DNA of 62,940 bases, filler included, from Octopus bimaculoides (GCF_001194135.2; 4 parts of 4 records of this genome joined end to end with filler, not necessarily neighbours in it), one strand, 5' to 3'; shown: positions 12,441-25,974, numbered from the whole stretch's first letter. Notes: generated by a model not told the origin, from the sequence alone. Translations and numbers: made by a program.

Positions 12441-12479
12441 TATAAAGGTAAATCTTAACCAATCCATAACAATCTTAGT

Positions 12480-13050
12480 CATCCTGTCCCATAAATTTCT
12501 CCCGACCGTATTTCACAAATTAATCTTGCTTTATGTTTATTTCACCTACGAATTTCTCAATAGAATTGTCCCTATATTCATCGCACCCTTGAAATTTCCA
12601 GCCGATTTATCAGGCCGCCTATCTTTGTACAAGCATTCATCCTACCCTGTACCTTCAATGTCCATCCATCCCACTATTCCAGGGAGGGTTAAATTCCACA
12701 ACACCTCCTCCACGGAGTTTATCAGAGGCAACCAATATTACACTTTCCAGATGGATTTATAAGCGTGAGCGGCTGATAACTATGGACATCATTCAAGTAT
12801 CTCGTTCTTGGTTTACTCCTAGGTCTCCTGAAGTTAGCTCGGCTTGAGGAATTTATCTTGAGATTCTTTCCTCATTCTAACCATATGTCTGTGGTACCGG
12901 AGTTGTGACTTTTCAATACGGAAATGTTTCGGTTCGACTTATAAAGACTCCCTGATTCCATCTACGCATCCTACCAAGTAATGATTCTCCAGAGACCCTT
13001 CCAAGGAACCTCAATTCCGCCACTTGTCTTTGCAATTGTACTCATTCGGT
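12480..13050 (-). mobile_element. RTE-clade LINE 3' end, degenerate
   Basis: Minus-strand fragments QVAELRFLGRVSG and EKSQLRYHRHMVRM match the RTE AAEMRFLRRV and KSQLRW.GH..RM motifs. Confidence 0.6.
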
Positions 13051-14375
13051 CATTGACTTCAATATAATAGATGTTATTGTATGAAATAAGAAATACCAAA
13101 ATATTTACATTTCTGACAAGTCCCCATTTCATTTTCTCTTCTATTCATACTAATGTATATTTATGGCGTCATAACATCAAAAAACTAATGACAGATCAAA
13201 ATCCGTTATGTTATTTAAACTGTTATTTGTTGATATTTCTGGTTACATCACATCACATACAGAAACACACAAACACACACGTGTTACGTAAAATACATAC
13301 AATCTATAGCTGTCACTTTTGTTGTTTTATAGGCATCAAAAGATATTTGTCTATTCCCTGATCAACGACGACATATAATATCGCTTGGTCTTCTTTACGC
13401 AACAACAGCCGAAATTGACCTTCATAAAACTACAGTTTAGAAATCCGATGCTTTATGTCCTTCCACGAAATTACATCTTAATTATAACAGAGATAAAAGA
13501 AAAAAGAGGAGATTATGGGATCAAAGGCAATCAAGGGATTTTCGGGGGGAAATGTTTTTCCCTAGCGAACAACTCCTCTAACGAAAATTATATATCAGTT
13601 GGCCTGAGTCAATAGAAATTAAATAATCTTTTTATGACCACTCGACCTTCTGATACGTATAAATTTCACAGTAGATATTGCTTGCCTTATTTCCTAAACA
13701 GAGAAGTTGTCCATGTCGATGCTTTTATTTTTATAGTTTTCTTCTATTTCATGCATTTTTCCATATCGTTAGTATCGACATATTATTGGATAGGGAAATA
13801 AATAACCTAAAACTTGGAAATATCTCCGAGCTATCAATCCCTCGCGGACAAGTATTATATTATGAATCTATGCTTTCATATGTTATTCGATAAGCGTTCT
13901 TCAAACGGACAAACCTTGTTGCATGCAGAAAATAACAGTTTGTTGCTTGCGGCCAATATAAATTAAGTTTACACTCCAAATCATTTTTTATGCACATGCA
14001 CCTAAAAACAGAAGTATAGAGTTTAACATTCTACAGAGACCGTTAAAGTTGCGTAATAGAATTTCTGAGAGAATTACATTCTTGGTTACTTTGGGAATTA
14101 CTATGTGTTGCCAGAGAGATATCAACATTGATAAATGATATTATGTAAGTCAACTATAAGCAGAGAGCGGAATTATTATATGCCAAATAGAGGATATATA
14201 TATACACTGTGTATACACTATGTATGTATATATGTATACATATATACAGTAACTGGTTTACAGGATCACCAATAACGTATATAATATGCATATACTCTTC
14301 TTCAAATAGTATTTTGTAGTTAGTTTTATTCTGCACATGTAGAATTTGTCCTCACGAATGAAAACACGAGAATAT

Positions 14376-14505
<130 letters not shown>

Positions 14506-14520
14506 ATGTATGTATGTATA

Positions 14521-14815
14521 AACAAACGACGTAACGTATACCGAGTGCAAAAGCGAACGCAAGACAAACAGAAGACCCGTAATTCTTCTTCAGTTATCGA
14601 CCAATTGTTAATATTCAGTTTCGCACCTTTAACGATAAGACTGACTACTTCCCGATTGGCGGTGCTTGCAAAAAAACTTTTCTTGCAGAGAATTAGGGAC
14701 AAGAGCAAACAAAACAAAAAGCAAAACGACACACAGTGTGATTTTGGACAAGGATGAACAGTCGAACAATATACGACCTTGGGACCAAAGAGACGAGAAT
14801 ATTGAGTAATGCTTA
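14521..14815 (+). repeat. Unclassified ~350-bp repeat family, copy 1
   Basis: Collinear with 15200-15503: ACGACGTAACGTATACCGA, CAGTTATCGACCAA, CAGTTTCGCACCTTTAACGATAAGACTGA, GAGAATTAGGGACAAGAGCAAACAAAACAAA. Confidence 0.85.
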
Positions 14816-15150
14816 GAAAATGTCTTGAAGGATGGAGAACGGAGAGTCAGAGAATTTGTGACTGGTCAGCTATGGGACCAGTGTAAGAAAGGAAAAAGAG
14901 AGCAACTGGCCGCTGGCCATGTAACAGCAGCAGGCAGAGGAGAAAGAGAGCACGGAGAAGAAGCGACAGAGAAGAAAAGGAAAGGGATGAGGGGGAAGGA
15001 GAAAGGTTAGGAATATAGGAGGGAGATAGAAACGGAGTAAGTAGAAAGGCTGGAATAAAAGTGGAAGGGTGAGAGAAAGAAAAGGGGGAAAGTATGAAGG
15101 TAAGAGAGAGAAAGTCACTCGAGTACATAAAAAACTTACTTGTTAATACA

Positions 15151-15768
15151 AATTCGGTGCGAGTTGCATTCCATTACTTGATAAATGAGAAGATGTATAA
15201 AGAAACGACGTAACGTATACCGAATGTAAAAATGAACGGGAGACAGACAGAAGGTTCGTAATTCTTCATCAGTTATCGACCAACGGCACTGTTCAGTTTC
15301 GCACCTTTAACGATAAGACTGAGTGCTTTTCAATTGGCGATGTCCGCAAACAAAAGTTTTCTTGCCGAGAATTAGGGACAAGAGCAAACAAAACAAAGCA
15401 AGCAAAATGACACAGAGTGTGATTTAGGACAATGGACGAGGACAAACAGTCGAACAAAATGCGGCCTTGGGGGGCCAAGAGAAGAGAATAGTGGCTAACG
15501 TTTACCGTCCTAAATCACATTCTGTGTCGTTTTGCTTGTTTTATTTACACGTCACTGATTCTGCACAAGAAAACTTTTTTTGCTGGCACCACCATTTGGG
15601 AAGCACCCAGTCTTATCGATAACTGTGCGAAACCAATTGATCGATAACTGATGAAGAATTACGGACGTTCTTTTTATCTCCCGTTCGTTTTCACCTTCGA
15701 TATACGTTACGTCATTTGTTTATGCATTTGTCATTTATCAAGTAATGGAACGCAACACACACCGAATT
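15151..15768. repeat. Fold-back: copies 2 (+) and 3 (-) of the same family, arms 15151-15430 and 15507-15768
   Basis: Outer ends AATTCGGTG..GTTGC.TTCCATTACTTGATAAATGA and inner ends GTGATTTAGGAC / GTCCTAAATCAC are reverse complements. Confidence 0.85.
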
Positions 15769-15839
<71 letters not shown>

Positions 15840-16169
15840 CGGTAGCGAATGTAATCCGGGCGGTAATCCAATAGCGAAATCAAAGTTGGAATTTTGAAGT
15901 CCGAATCGAGAGGAAGTCTGCGTAAGTGTAAATACAATGGGCAATAAAAATCAAAGAACAAAGTGTAATAAATAAGGTATTAGCTTAACGATATATTAAA
16001 GGAAAGTGAAATTATGTTAACTTTCTGGACGTTGGACCTTTATCAGACGTAAAAGATAAGTATAGAAGCCCATCTTTCTCGCATTGACTATTTCTCTTCC
16101 TCCTTTATTATTCCCCACTACATTGCCGTACTTTAGTACGTTTCTAATGTTACATTGTATGTAATCTGT

Positions 16170-16870
16170 TTGATTTCAGAGTCTATGTATCAGCGCATAT
16201 TCACTGTATACGCCCGAGTAGATATACTCCTTTACCTCTTCGATTTCATTGCTTCTCACTTCTATTAGCTTTGGGCTACATGTTTCGACTGTATTGCTTT
16301 TGTTTTCATGATGTTAATTTTAAGGCCTACTGCTGAGCTACGGATATTCAGCTCTGTCCGTACAATTTGCAACCAAATTGTGGTTTTGGCGATAAATACG
16401 AATCCGTGGCTTGTTAGCAGCTCGCTGCTGATGTCTATTCAATATCTCTAATGGTCTTTTCTAGAGGAGAGGTGAAAAGCTTTGAAGAGATGATACCTCT
16501 CTGTTTGACACCCTTCTCAGTTGAGCACTTACGGGTCGTGATAGCAGAGTTATTTCAGTGATGCATTCAGAGTTCACATCCGTGAGTAGTCTCACCTATT
16601 GCACCTCGACTCTTTGCATTTCCAGAGATTTCAGTACTGCGTTCATCTCGACGCTATCGAAGGCCTTTTCGCAGTCGACGAAAGCCAGGCACAGAGGCAG
16701 CTTGTATTGTTCGCTATTTCATATTATGTATTAGAGTGGATATATGATCTGTAGTTCTTACGGAAAATTGTTTCTAGTGGAGACGCTACGACTGTCATGT
16801 AGTAATGATATTTGTAGAGGTAAACAAGAGGCATATCGGGCGATAGTCTCTTAGATCCTGTTATCACACT
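16170..16870 (-). mobile_element. RTE-1-like LINE reverse transcriptase fragment
   Basis: Minus-strand translation gives EYKLPLCLAFVDCEKAFDSVEMNAVLKSL and SSAVGLKINIMKTK..IEEVKEYIY. Confidence 0.8.
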
Positions 16871-16966
16871 TTTTAAGAAGAATGCATGTGTATATACAGA
16901 CATTTACATGTGTGTATACATATATATATACACACATAATACAAATGTTTATTTATATGCATACGT

Positions 16967-16967
16967 T

Positions 16968-17018
<51 letters not shown>

Positions 17019-17019
17019 A

Positions 17020-17058
<39 letters not shown>
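16967..17058. repeat. (TAG)n microsatellite
   Basis: Seen directly. Confidence 0.95.
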
Positions 17059-17059
<1 letters not shown>

Positions 17060-17087
17060 TCTTACATTGTTGCAGTCTTATTAAAAT

Positions 17088-17134
<47 letters not shown>

Positions 17135-17780
17135 GTTTGTTCATCTTAAACAAACTATACGAAAGCAAATGATGTGAGTGTATATAAGTACTTAGTATTT
17201 AACAATCTCATTCGCAATCATTTCATTTCATGCTGTTTGTTATTAGAATCGTGTTAACATTTATAAATGTATAAATGTCAATTTATCGAAGTGTATGATA
17301 ATAAAATTACTCCAAATATTTTGTAGTATTGAACGACGGCGACATTCAATTGTTTAATTTAGAAATAATGCCAAAAGCATATTAAACGAAACCTGAGAAC
17401 TATTCAAAATACTTCATAAGCTAGCAAGTATTTCTCTTTATCAATATATCTTTGTGTGTTTTTCAATAGCAATATCCGTTTTATTTGTGTTAATAATTTT
17501 GAAGATAAAATTGTATTATTCAAATTTTCATTTATTTTTCAGTTTTAAATGTACGTGGATGTGTTCTAAGAACTCTTTTTTTATATATATTTTAGAGTTA
17601 TTCTGGTAGTTAATTCTGTCTGGTTTTCAGCTGTTATTTTTCCATTATTTTTTATATTTAATATTTCTGATTTTCATTTGAAATTTATTCATTTTCTTAA
17701 GTATATATTGTCAGGTTCTTCTTAATACTAATTTGTAATTCATTTTTAATCTTTTTTATAATTTATTATTAACATAAAGT

Positions 17781-18050
17781 GCGCCAAACTGGCAGAATCT
17801 TTAGCTCGTCAGACGAAATGTTTACCGATATTTCTTCCCACGTTTTATATTCTGAGTTCAGTCCTACAGAAGTCAACTTTGTCATTCGTCCTTTCGGGTT
17901 CGATAAAATAAAATACCAGTGAGATACCGGTGTCGATTTGATCGACTATTCCCTTTCCGCAAATTGTCAATCCCTTTGCCTAAAGTAGAAAGAATTATTA
18001 ACACTATTAAGTACATTGAGGCGGCGAGCTGGCAGAATCGTTAGTCCATA
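17781..18050 (+). mobile_element. SINE family A plus the head of a second copy
   Basis: GCGCCAAACTGGCAGAATC..GAAATG..TTCTGAGTTC..TTTCGGGTTCGATAAAATAAAATACCAG, then GGCGGCGAGCTGGCAGAATCGTTAG. Confidence 0.8.
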
Positions 18051-20239
18051 ACTGCAGAAAATAAAAATAATTAAATTTTTGCCTTTTATATTTGTATATT
18101 TAAAACTGGAAGGTGTCATTGTTATATTTTATGCAAAAGTAAACAACATCTTTAAACATCTTTTTCATATATTTTTTAAATAGCATTCGATTGACTACAC
18201 GGAAATTTACCCTCTTTCTCTCTAATGAGTGGATGCATTACCTAATAATGATTATCAATTTTAGATTTCATTTTTAATAGTAATACATACACGAAACGAT
18301 CGCAAGATATTTTAAACTTTTAAACCTTTTAAATAATCATACTTTATATATTTATACATATCTCTATTAATACAATACTATCATGGACGTGTATCTTTTG
18401 TGATGATTTTTTGAAGTAATTTTCCTGCTCTTATTTTATATTATAATGTGTGTGTGTATGTGTGTCAGTGTGTGTGTGTATGTCAGTGTGTGTGTGTGTG
18501 CATGTGCTCACCCGCGCGCGTGTGTGTATGTGTGTATGTATGTATGTATGTATGTATGTATGTATGTATGTATAAAACATAAACGTAACTATAACTTAGA
18601 TATGAATCTAAGCATTTGTGAATGACAGACACTTCGGAGCATTGTTATCATCGTAAATGTTGTTAACTAGAATATTTTAAAGTATCTACTCGGAAATATT
18701 CAATGACTTCCTTTATTATATTTGCTTTTTTTCTTTTTTTTTCTCTCATCTTTCGAGGAGAGAGTGGCGTGTTTTTGTCAACATTCACAAACAAAAATAA
18801 ATATCAATCATTGTCTGATTAAATTCGAAGTAGAATTTTAACATCATTTGTCATTGTTTAGAGCAATGTACAAGAAAATTTGTCATATAACCACACAATG
18901 TCATTGTTTTATTATTTGTTTGTTTTTTACTTGTGAGAGCAAAACTAAACTGAATGTCGTCTGATCTTTTGTAACAAAACGTTACTCTAAAAGAGCACAA
19001 CAAAGAAACATGATGCAGAAATCTTTTGAATAAAGTTGAATTAGAATTGTCAACTTTTAATGTACATTTATTTCTTTGACATCTTATTCGCCGACACTCT
19101 CTCTCTCTCTCTCTCTCTCTCCTTTACCTTTTCTCGATTTTTTTTACCATTATACAGAATTGATTATTCCTGATTTGAAGAGCATTGTTGTTGGGTTCGC
19201 ATAACTCACATTCTAGCCATCTTCCTAATTTTGGAGATCGTCAAAGCAATCGGCGCCAAAAGTAATTATTAAAGAAATGCTTTAAATTCTGAAGTAACGT
19301 GCCTGTTTCTATNNNNNNNNNNNNNNNNNNNNNNNNNNNNNNNNNNNNNNNNNNNNNNNNNNNNNNNNNNNNNNNNNNNNNNNNNNNNNNNNNNNNNNNN
19401 NNNNNNNNNNNNNNNNNNNNNNNNNNNNNNNNNNNNNNNNNNNNNNNNNNNNNNNNNNNNNNNNNNNNNNNNNNNNNNNNNNNNNNNNNNNNNNNNNNNN
19501 NNNNNNNNNNNNNNNNNNNNNNNNNNNNNNNNNNNNNNNNNNNNNNNNNNNNNNNNNNNNNNNNNNNNNNNNNNNNNNNNNNNNNNNNNNNNNNNNNNNN
19601 NNNNNNNNNNNNNNNNNNNNNNNNNNNNNNNNNNNNNNNNNNNNNNNNNNNNNNNNNNNNNNNNNNNNNNNNNNNNNNNNNNNNNNNNNNNNNNNNNNNN
19701 NNNNNNNNNNNNNNNNNNNNNNNNNNNNNNNNNNNNNNNNNNNNNNNNNNNNNNNNNNNNNNNNNNNNNNNNNNNNNNNNNNNNNNNNNNNNNNNNNNNN
19801 NNNNNNNNNNNNNNNNNNNNNNNNNNNNNNNNNNNNNNNNNNNNNNNNNNNNNNNNNNNNNNNNNNNNNNNNNNNNNNNNNNNNNNNNNNNNNNNNNNNN
19901 NNNNNNNNNNNNNNNNNNNNNNNNNNNNNNNNNNNNNNNNNNNNNNNNNNNNNNNNNNNNNNNNNNNNNNNNNNNNNNNNNNNNNNNNNGATTTTTTTGT
20001 TTTTCTTTCTGTTACTTATATTTTCTTTGACCTTTTAGTTTTATTGTTATTTTTTAGTGGGTTCTTTTTTTTTTCCTACCTGACAAGACAACTTCCTACC
20101 ATCTTCATTTGTTATGCGGTTTCTGTTCTGTTGTCTTTGTTTTTTTTATCTTTCTTTTCGTTTCTCTATGATTTGCTATTCGACTTAATTAAATGTCTTC
20201 TATGCTACTCTTACTGCAGTGGACACCAATTCCGAATCA

Positions 20240-20278
<39 letters not shown>

Positions 20279-20285
20279 GCACGCA

Positions 20286-20327
<42 letters not shown>

Positions 20328-20534
20328 CATGCAGCGCTTTATGCGTATCTGCCTCTGCTTGATTGGAGTATTACCAAGTATAAGTAACAAACGGTTTGCC
20401 AATTCGATGCTGTGGTTTACAGCATAATACAGACTTATCGTCTATAGTAACAAGAACTCTGTTCTGGATAATCTTAGTTAAAACAATCACACAATACAGT
20501 TAAGTGGTCTAATTACACACAATATTGCCCATAT

Positions 20535-20705
20535 AGATGCTCGCTTGGCTGTATGCTAAGAAATTTGCTTTCGAACAACATGGTTCCGGGTTCAGTTCCG
20601 CCGTGTGGCATCTTGGGCGAATATCTTCTACATTAACCTCGGGTCGACCAAAGCCTTGTGAGTGGATTTGCTATACAGAAACTGAAAGAAGATCATCGTA
20701 TGGTC
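20535..20705 (+). mobile_element. SINE family B, 5' half
   Basis: CATGGTTCCGGGTTCAGTTCC..GTGGCATCTTGGGC..CCTCGGGTCGACCAAAGCCTTGTGAGTGGATTTG..GAAACTGAAAGAAG. Confidence 0.8.
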
Positions 20706-22079
20706 TACAAGCTGCAAATATCTTTATAATTTATATAAAAGATTTCATCGACTCATTAAATTACATGCGAGGTAATCTGCTGGACTACTAGTGTATACGT
20801 GTGTGTGCGTGTATGTATATATTTCGGAATACGCTGGTTATATACACCTATTAATCAACATGTGATATGCATTTATCAAACGCAACAACGTTCTATAGAA
20901 CACGTCTGTGCATGTATAGATACATACATATAAATATATACATATAAATACATACATGTGTGTGTGTGTGTGTGTGTGTGTGCGTGCGTGCGTGCGCCTA
21001 TATATTTATATATATTGTTTGTGTCATAAAGATTTTAAAAATTTGAAAGAAGTGAAATATTTTTTTTGCTTCTGTGAACAGTGCAGCTTGAAGTAAATAA
21101 GCTATAAATATAGCGTGTAAATGTCGGATTTAAAAACCTTTGGAGAGGAAAGATAGGAGTCCTTTCTCCTTTATGTATCCAGTTAGTTCTTAACCAATAT
21201 CTATATACTGCATATGTAGCATTATCTACTTCGAGTTCCACAGTTAAAAACGAAATTTATTGTTGTATGTATGTGTGCGTGTATGTATATATAATATATA
21301 GAGATATTATACACACACACATATATATTATACAATATATATGTATATTTATAACGTGAGAGAGTTAGGGGTTGGGGGTACAACCCACTAAGGGATAGTA
21401 TCTATCCAGTATACTGCTGGGAGGGTACCCAATTATTGCTACGCTAGTGCTATACTAGGTGCAATCAATGGGAGCGGGTAAAAGTGGAGGTTTTACCCAA
21501 AATTTGTGTAACAATTAGAAAATGGAGGATAATATGCTGAACCCAACTACTTGCAGACGGTGTATCCCGTTGAATTCATTAATTTAATTCATAGCAAAAG
21601 TGACAAAGGGAGGAAGAAAAGAAAAAGAAAGAAAGAACCAAAGCACAGGTGTCCATGGCAGACTATGTTATTTTGCCAACATGGTTTACATATAGAAGTA
21701 CAAAGTACANNNNNNNNNNNNNNNNNNNNNNNNNNNNNNNNNNNNNNNNNNNNNNNNNNNNNNNNNNNNNNNNNNNNNNNNNNNNNNNNNNNNNNNNNNN
21801 NNNNNNNNNNNNNNNNNNNNNNNNNNNNNNNNNNNNNNNNNNNNNNNNNNNNNNNNNNNNNNNNNNNNNNNNNNNNNNNNNNNNNNNNNNNNNNNNNNNN
21901 NNNNNNNNNNNNNNNNNNNNNNNNNNNNNNNNNNNNNNNNNNNNNNNNNNNNNNNNNNNNNNNNNNNNNNNNNNNNNNNNNNNNNNNNNNNNNNNNNNNN
22001 NNNNNNNNNNNNNNNNNNNNNNNNNNNNNNNNNNNNNNNNNNNNNNNNNNNNNNNNNNNNNNNNNNNNNNNNNNNNNNN

Positions 22080-22164
<85 letters not shown>

Positions 22165-22779
22165 TGATTCACTCATTTTCAAAGCCCTGTTTATTGAACA
22201 TTGAGATTCACGCGTTTCAGAATGTTTAATAACATCTATTTTGACTCTATTGTATAAAGGCTGTGGCGCCTACATTTCATCACATTCGAACCCGTATTAT
22301 CGTATTTACGATTTCAAGTCACTTTTGTTAAGGCAATATATAATCAAAAGTTTTCAAAATGCTAAAAAGATCTTCAAACGCTGCTTTTCTATAACGGCGC
22401 CTTACAATGAATAACTGTCATGGCGTCGGTTTGTTTGTAAACAGAAAAGAGCGGAAAATCGACTACAAGAATATTGCACACGCTCGGGAATTTCGATCTA
22501 CAGAGACAATATTCTGTGTACGAAGAGGATTTTCCGTTTATTAATTTTCGTAAATAAACGCTTCTATTTCATTCTATTTTAGACAAAACTGCATACATAT
22601 AAAAGCAATGTTTGCATTCAATATGTAATGTCATCAGCATCATTATCATCAACATAACTCATCATCATCGTCATAATCAGCATCAACATCGTTAATATAA
22701 GCATCACTCAATCATCATCGTCACCATCATCATCATAATCATCATCATCATTATTATTACTGCTAAGGTGGTGTGCTGG

Positions 22780-23998
22780 GTAGGGCAATTCCTGGAAAAG
22801 ACTGAGGATTAGGGCGCTTCCTGAAAAAGTCGGAGGGAAAGGAAGGAAGGACTTCCTGGAAAGGTCCGTGGATGGGACACTTCCTGAAAAACTCCAAGTG
22901 AGGAAGAACTTTTCCAGGAAAGTCCGAGGGGCACTTCCTGGAAGAGGCCAAGGAAAGTGAGGAAGAGGAGTGCTTTCTGGAAAGGTCCAAGGAGAGAGAA
23001 GCGGAGGAAAACTTCTTGGAAAAGTCCGTGGATGAGGTAGGAAAGGAGGGGCATTCTGGAAAGGTCCAAGGAAAGGGGTACTTCTTGGAAAAGTTCAAGG
23101 ATGGGCGGAAGAACTTCCTGGAAAAATCCGAGGATGAAGGCACTTCCTGGAAAAGTCAAAAGAATGGAGGAACGAAAATTCCAAGGACGGGGAGGAAATA
23201 CTTCTTGGAAAGTCCAAAAATCTTCCTGGAAGGAAGGAGGAAAAACTTCCTGGAAAAGTCCAAAGAGGAGTAAGGAGAGGAAGGTATTTCTGGAAAAGTC
23301 CAAGGAGGGGAAGGAAGGAATTTCCGGAAAAGTCCAAGGTGGGGGAGCAAAGACTTCCTGGAAAAGTCAGGAAAGGGGCTTTCGCTGGAAATGTCCAAGG
23401 AGGGGAACAACTTCATAGAAAAGTCCAATTATAGATGCACTTCCTAGAAAAGTCCAAGGAGGCGGCGGAAGTACTTCCTGGAAAATTTAGAGGAAGTGGT
23501 GGACGAAGGACTTCCTCGAAAAGTCCGAGAATGGAGGAACTTCATCCAAAAGTCCAAGGGGGTGGAAGGACTTCATGCAAATATCCAAGGAGGGGGATGA
23601 AGACCGAGAAAAATGGCACTTTCTGCAAAAGCCCAAGGAGGAGAGGAAGGACTTCCTGGAAATGTCCGAGGAAAGGGGCACTTCCTGGAAAACACCAAGG
23701 AGGGCTGCACTTCCTAGAAAAGTCAAATGAGGAGGGGGAAACTCCGAAGAGGGTGTGGGGAGGAAGGAGAATGACTTCCTAGAATAAGAGGAACGTCCTG
23801 GAAAACTTCAATGACCTGGTGGAGGAAGGGGAAGAAAGGCCCGAGGGCGACGAAGGACTTCTTGGAAATATCCAGGGAGGGGGAAGACTTCCTGGAAAGG
23901 TCCGACGAAAGGGGCACTTCCTGGAAAAGTCCAAGGAAGGGTGGACTTCCTGGAAATGTACTTCCTCCCCCTCCTTGCACTTTTCCTGGAGGTGCCCC
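22780..23998 (+). repeat. Degenerate purine-rich minisatellite, ~25-45-bp unit with core ACTTCCTGGAAAAGTCCAAGGAGG, ending in one inverted unit
   Basis: Roughly 35 units seen directly. The final segment 23960-23998 is a reverse-complement unit. Confidence 0.95.
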
Positions 23999-24650
23999 AT
24001 CATTGTACTTATAGAAACTAAAAGTAGATTTTTGCCAATGTTTACAAAAATAAACGCGTTCTTTAAACGTGTAATTTCCAACAATGTATATAATTCGAGC
24101 TTTAACTCTCTTCTTACATTCCATTTCCACTACATATATCAATTTCCACACTTTTAAGCTTTATTTCCATTCATCAAGAACACTATATTTCTCCACTCTT
24201 AATTTTCTGTTAATTTCTTTCTTTCTCCTCGTTTTCTTTCTCTAAATTACCTTTGACGTTAAATCTATTAACGTTTTTTTTTTAAATAACTTGCCAGCAT
24301 TACCCTTCATCATATACGCGGTAATTACATTCGGTTAAAATGGATTATTGCTGTGTTTTGTTTCTCTTTTTCCCCTGACGAGATGATTGCATTGTTTTAC
24401 ATCATTTTTATTCCCTTCGGGATAATCTCAGTGCTTTCTTCGAAACATATGTTGAAAGTATATATGATTTGAATAACACCTGCGTTTCTTAATTTATCTA
24501 TGTAATACAAAACATTTCACTTAACTGTGGAATTTCTACTTTTATAAGTAGGCAGTAATATCCTTGGCACTTATGTGATTTTTTGCTAACCTGGTAATTA
24601 TTTTTTTTTTTCGTTTTATTTGTATACATTGAAAAAATACGCATGCATTA

Positions 24651-24719
<69 letters not shown>

Positions 24720-24818
24720 ACATGTAAGTTTGTATGTGTATATTTCTATATACATATATATATGTGTGCGTGTGTATGTGTATAAAATAGACAGAATGAG
24801 ATAAAAAATCCAATGGTG

Positions 24819-24860
24819 TGAAAGATTTCAGAACATTTATAAATGTTCTGAAATATTTCA
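24819..24860. repeat. Palindrome: perfect 30 bp (24825-24854), 42 bp with one mismatch
   Basis: ATTTCAGAACATTTATAAATGTTCTGAAAT equals its own reverse complement. Confidence 0.95.
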
Positions 24861-25789
24861 TAACCTTGGATTTTTTATCTTATTCTGTCAATTTTATATA
24901 TATATGCATGCTAATATATGACCTACTTTGGACTCCTCATTCGTATCATTATCGAACCTGAAGCTTAACTATAGTCTTTCCATAGTACTTACTCAGCATT
25001 TCAAAATACCGGTAGAATAACACTTTTTGTCTTCAGGTAGGTCTTTGTCTTTTCAAAATACCGTAAATTAATAGGACCCTTTATAAATTCCAAACTAGTA
25101 TAGTCATCTATATAAGTCTAATTGGCTGGTAACCACCTTGGAAACTTACACACAGACAGTCACCCACTCGCCCTCCACATTCCATGGTAGTTGACTTTGC
25201 ACTTGCATAGCACCTCCCCCCACCCCTTCTGGCACTGAGAGCTTCCTAACCTCTAGAAATAATATAATTTTTAGCCATAATACAATTTTAAACCACCCCA
25301 CCTAGTCTAACAAAACTGGAATGGGTTGGCTCCCTTATCGCACTGTGATGGGGTTGCCCCCCACCCTTCACTTGCACTGCCGATGACTGTGACTCACCGC
25401 GGACTTAAACCAATTTAATACACACATGTGAGATATTGAGCTTGGTCAAACTTGGAACCCCACACCAAAATAATATGCACCCCGCTCTACTACAATGAAA
25501 CTCTCCCCAGCGAAATTACCAGCTCAAGAATAAAATTAAATGTAAGACTCACTTACTAACTTTGCCTCTATTACGATCACATATATATCAATTATTTTCG
25601 CATCGTGACGATATATCAATCTATTTTTCGAATTCTGAGGAGATTTACTAAAACTAGTAAATTTAAACGATCGTAAGTGCTACCTTCATCATTGCTTCCT
25701 TCTTCTTTGTTGTCTAATTAAAGCGAAGGCATCGCGGCGAGGACAACGAGTTTGCCCTTGTTGTTTGCATCCATTTTCTTCTCGTACAT

Positions 25790-25889
25790 NNNNNNNNNNN
25801 NNNNNNNNNNNNNNNNNNNNNNNNNNNNNNNNNTTAATTAATTAANNNNNNNNNNNNNNNNNNNNNNNNNNNNNNNNNNNNNNNNNNNN
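25790..25889. other. Artificial scaffold join (44 N + TTAATTAATTAA + 44 N)
   Basis: Identical 100-bp spacer three times in the window. The 12-mer has stops in all six frames. Confidence 0.95.
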
Positions 25890-25974
25890 ATATATATATA
25901 TATATATATATACATATGTATACATATATATATGTGTAGATGTATACAAATATATATGTGTGTGTGTGTGTGTG

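Noticed and set aside
12202-12462. Proline-rich formin/extensin-like ORF
   Set aside because: It is a (GGT/GGC)n tract with no flanking domain or convincing splice sites.
22763-24157. Overlapping ORFs with TSWKSPRR / FLEKSK repeats resembling SPKK histone or protamine motifs; also considered as a CRISPR-like array
   Set aside because: Unit lengths are not multiples of three and motifs jump between frames. Repeats are degenerate, spacers are self-similar, and there are no cas genes in a eukaryotic context.
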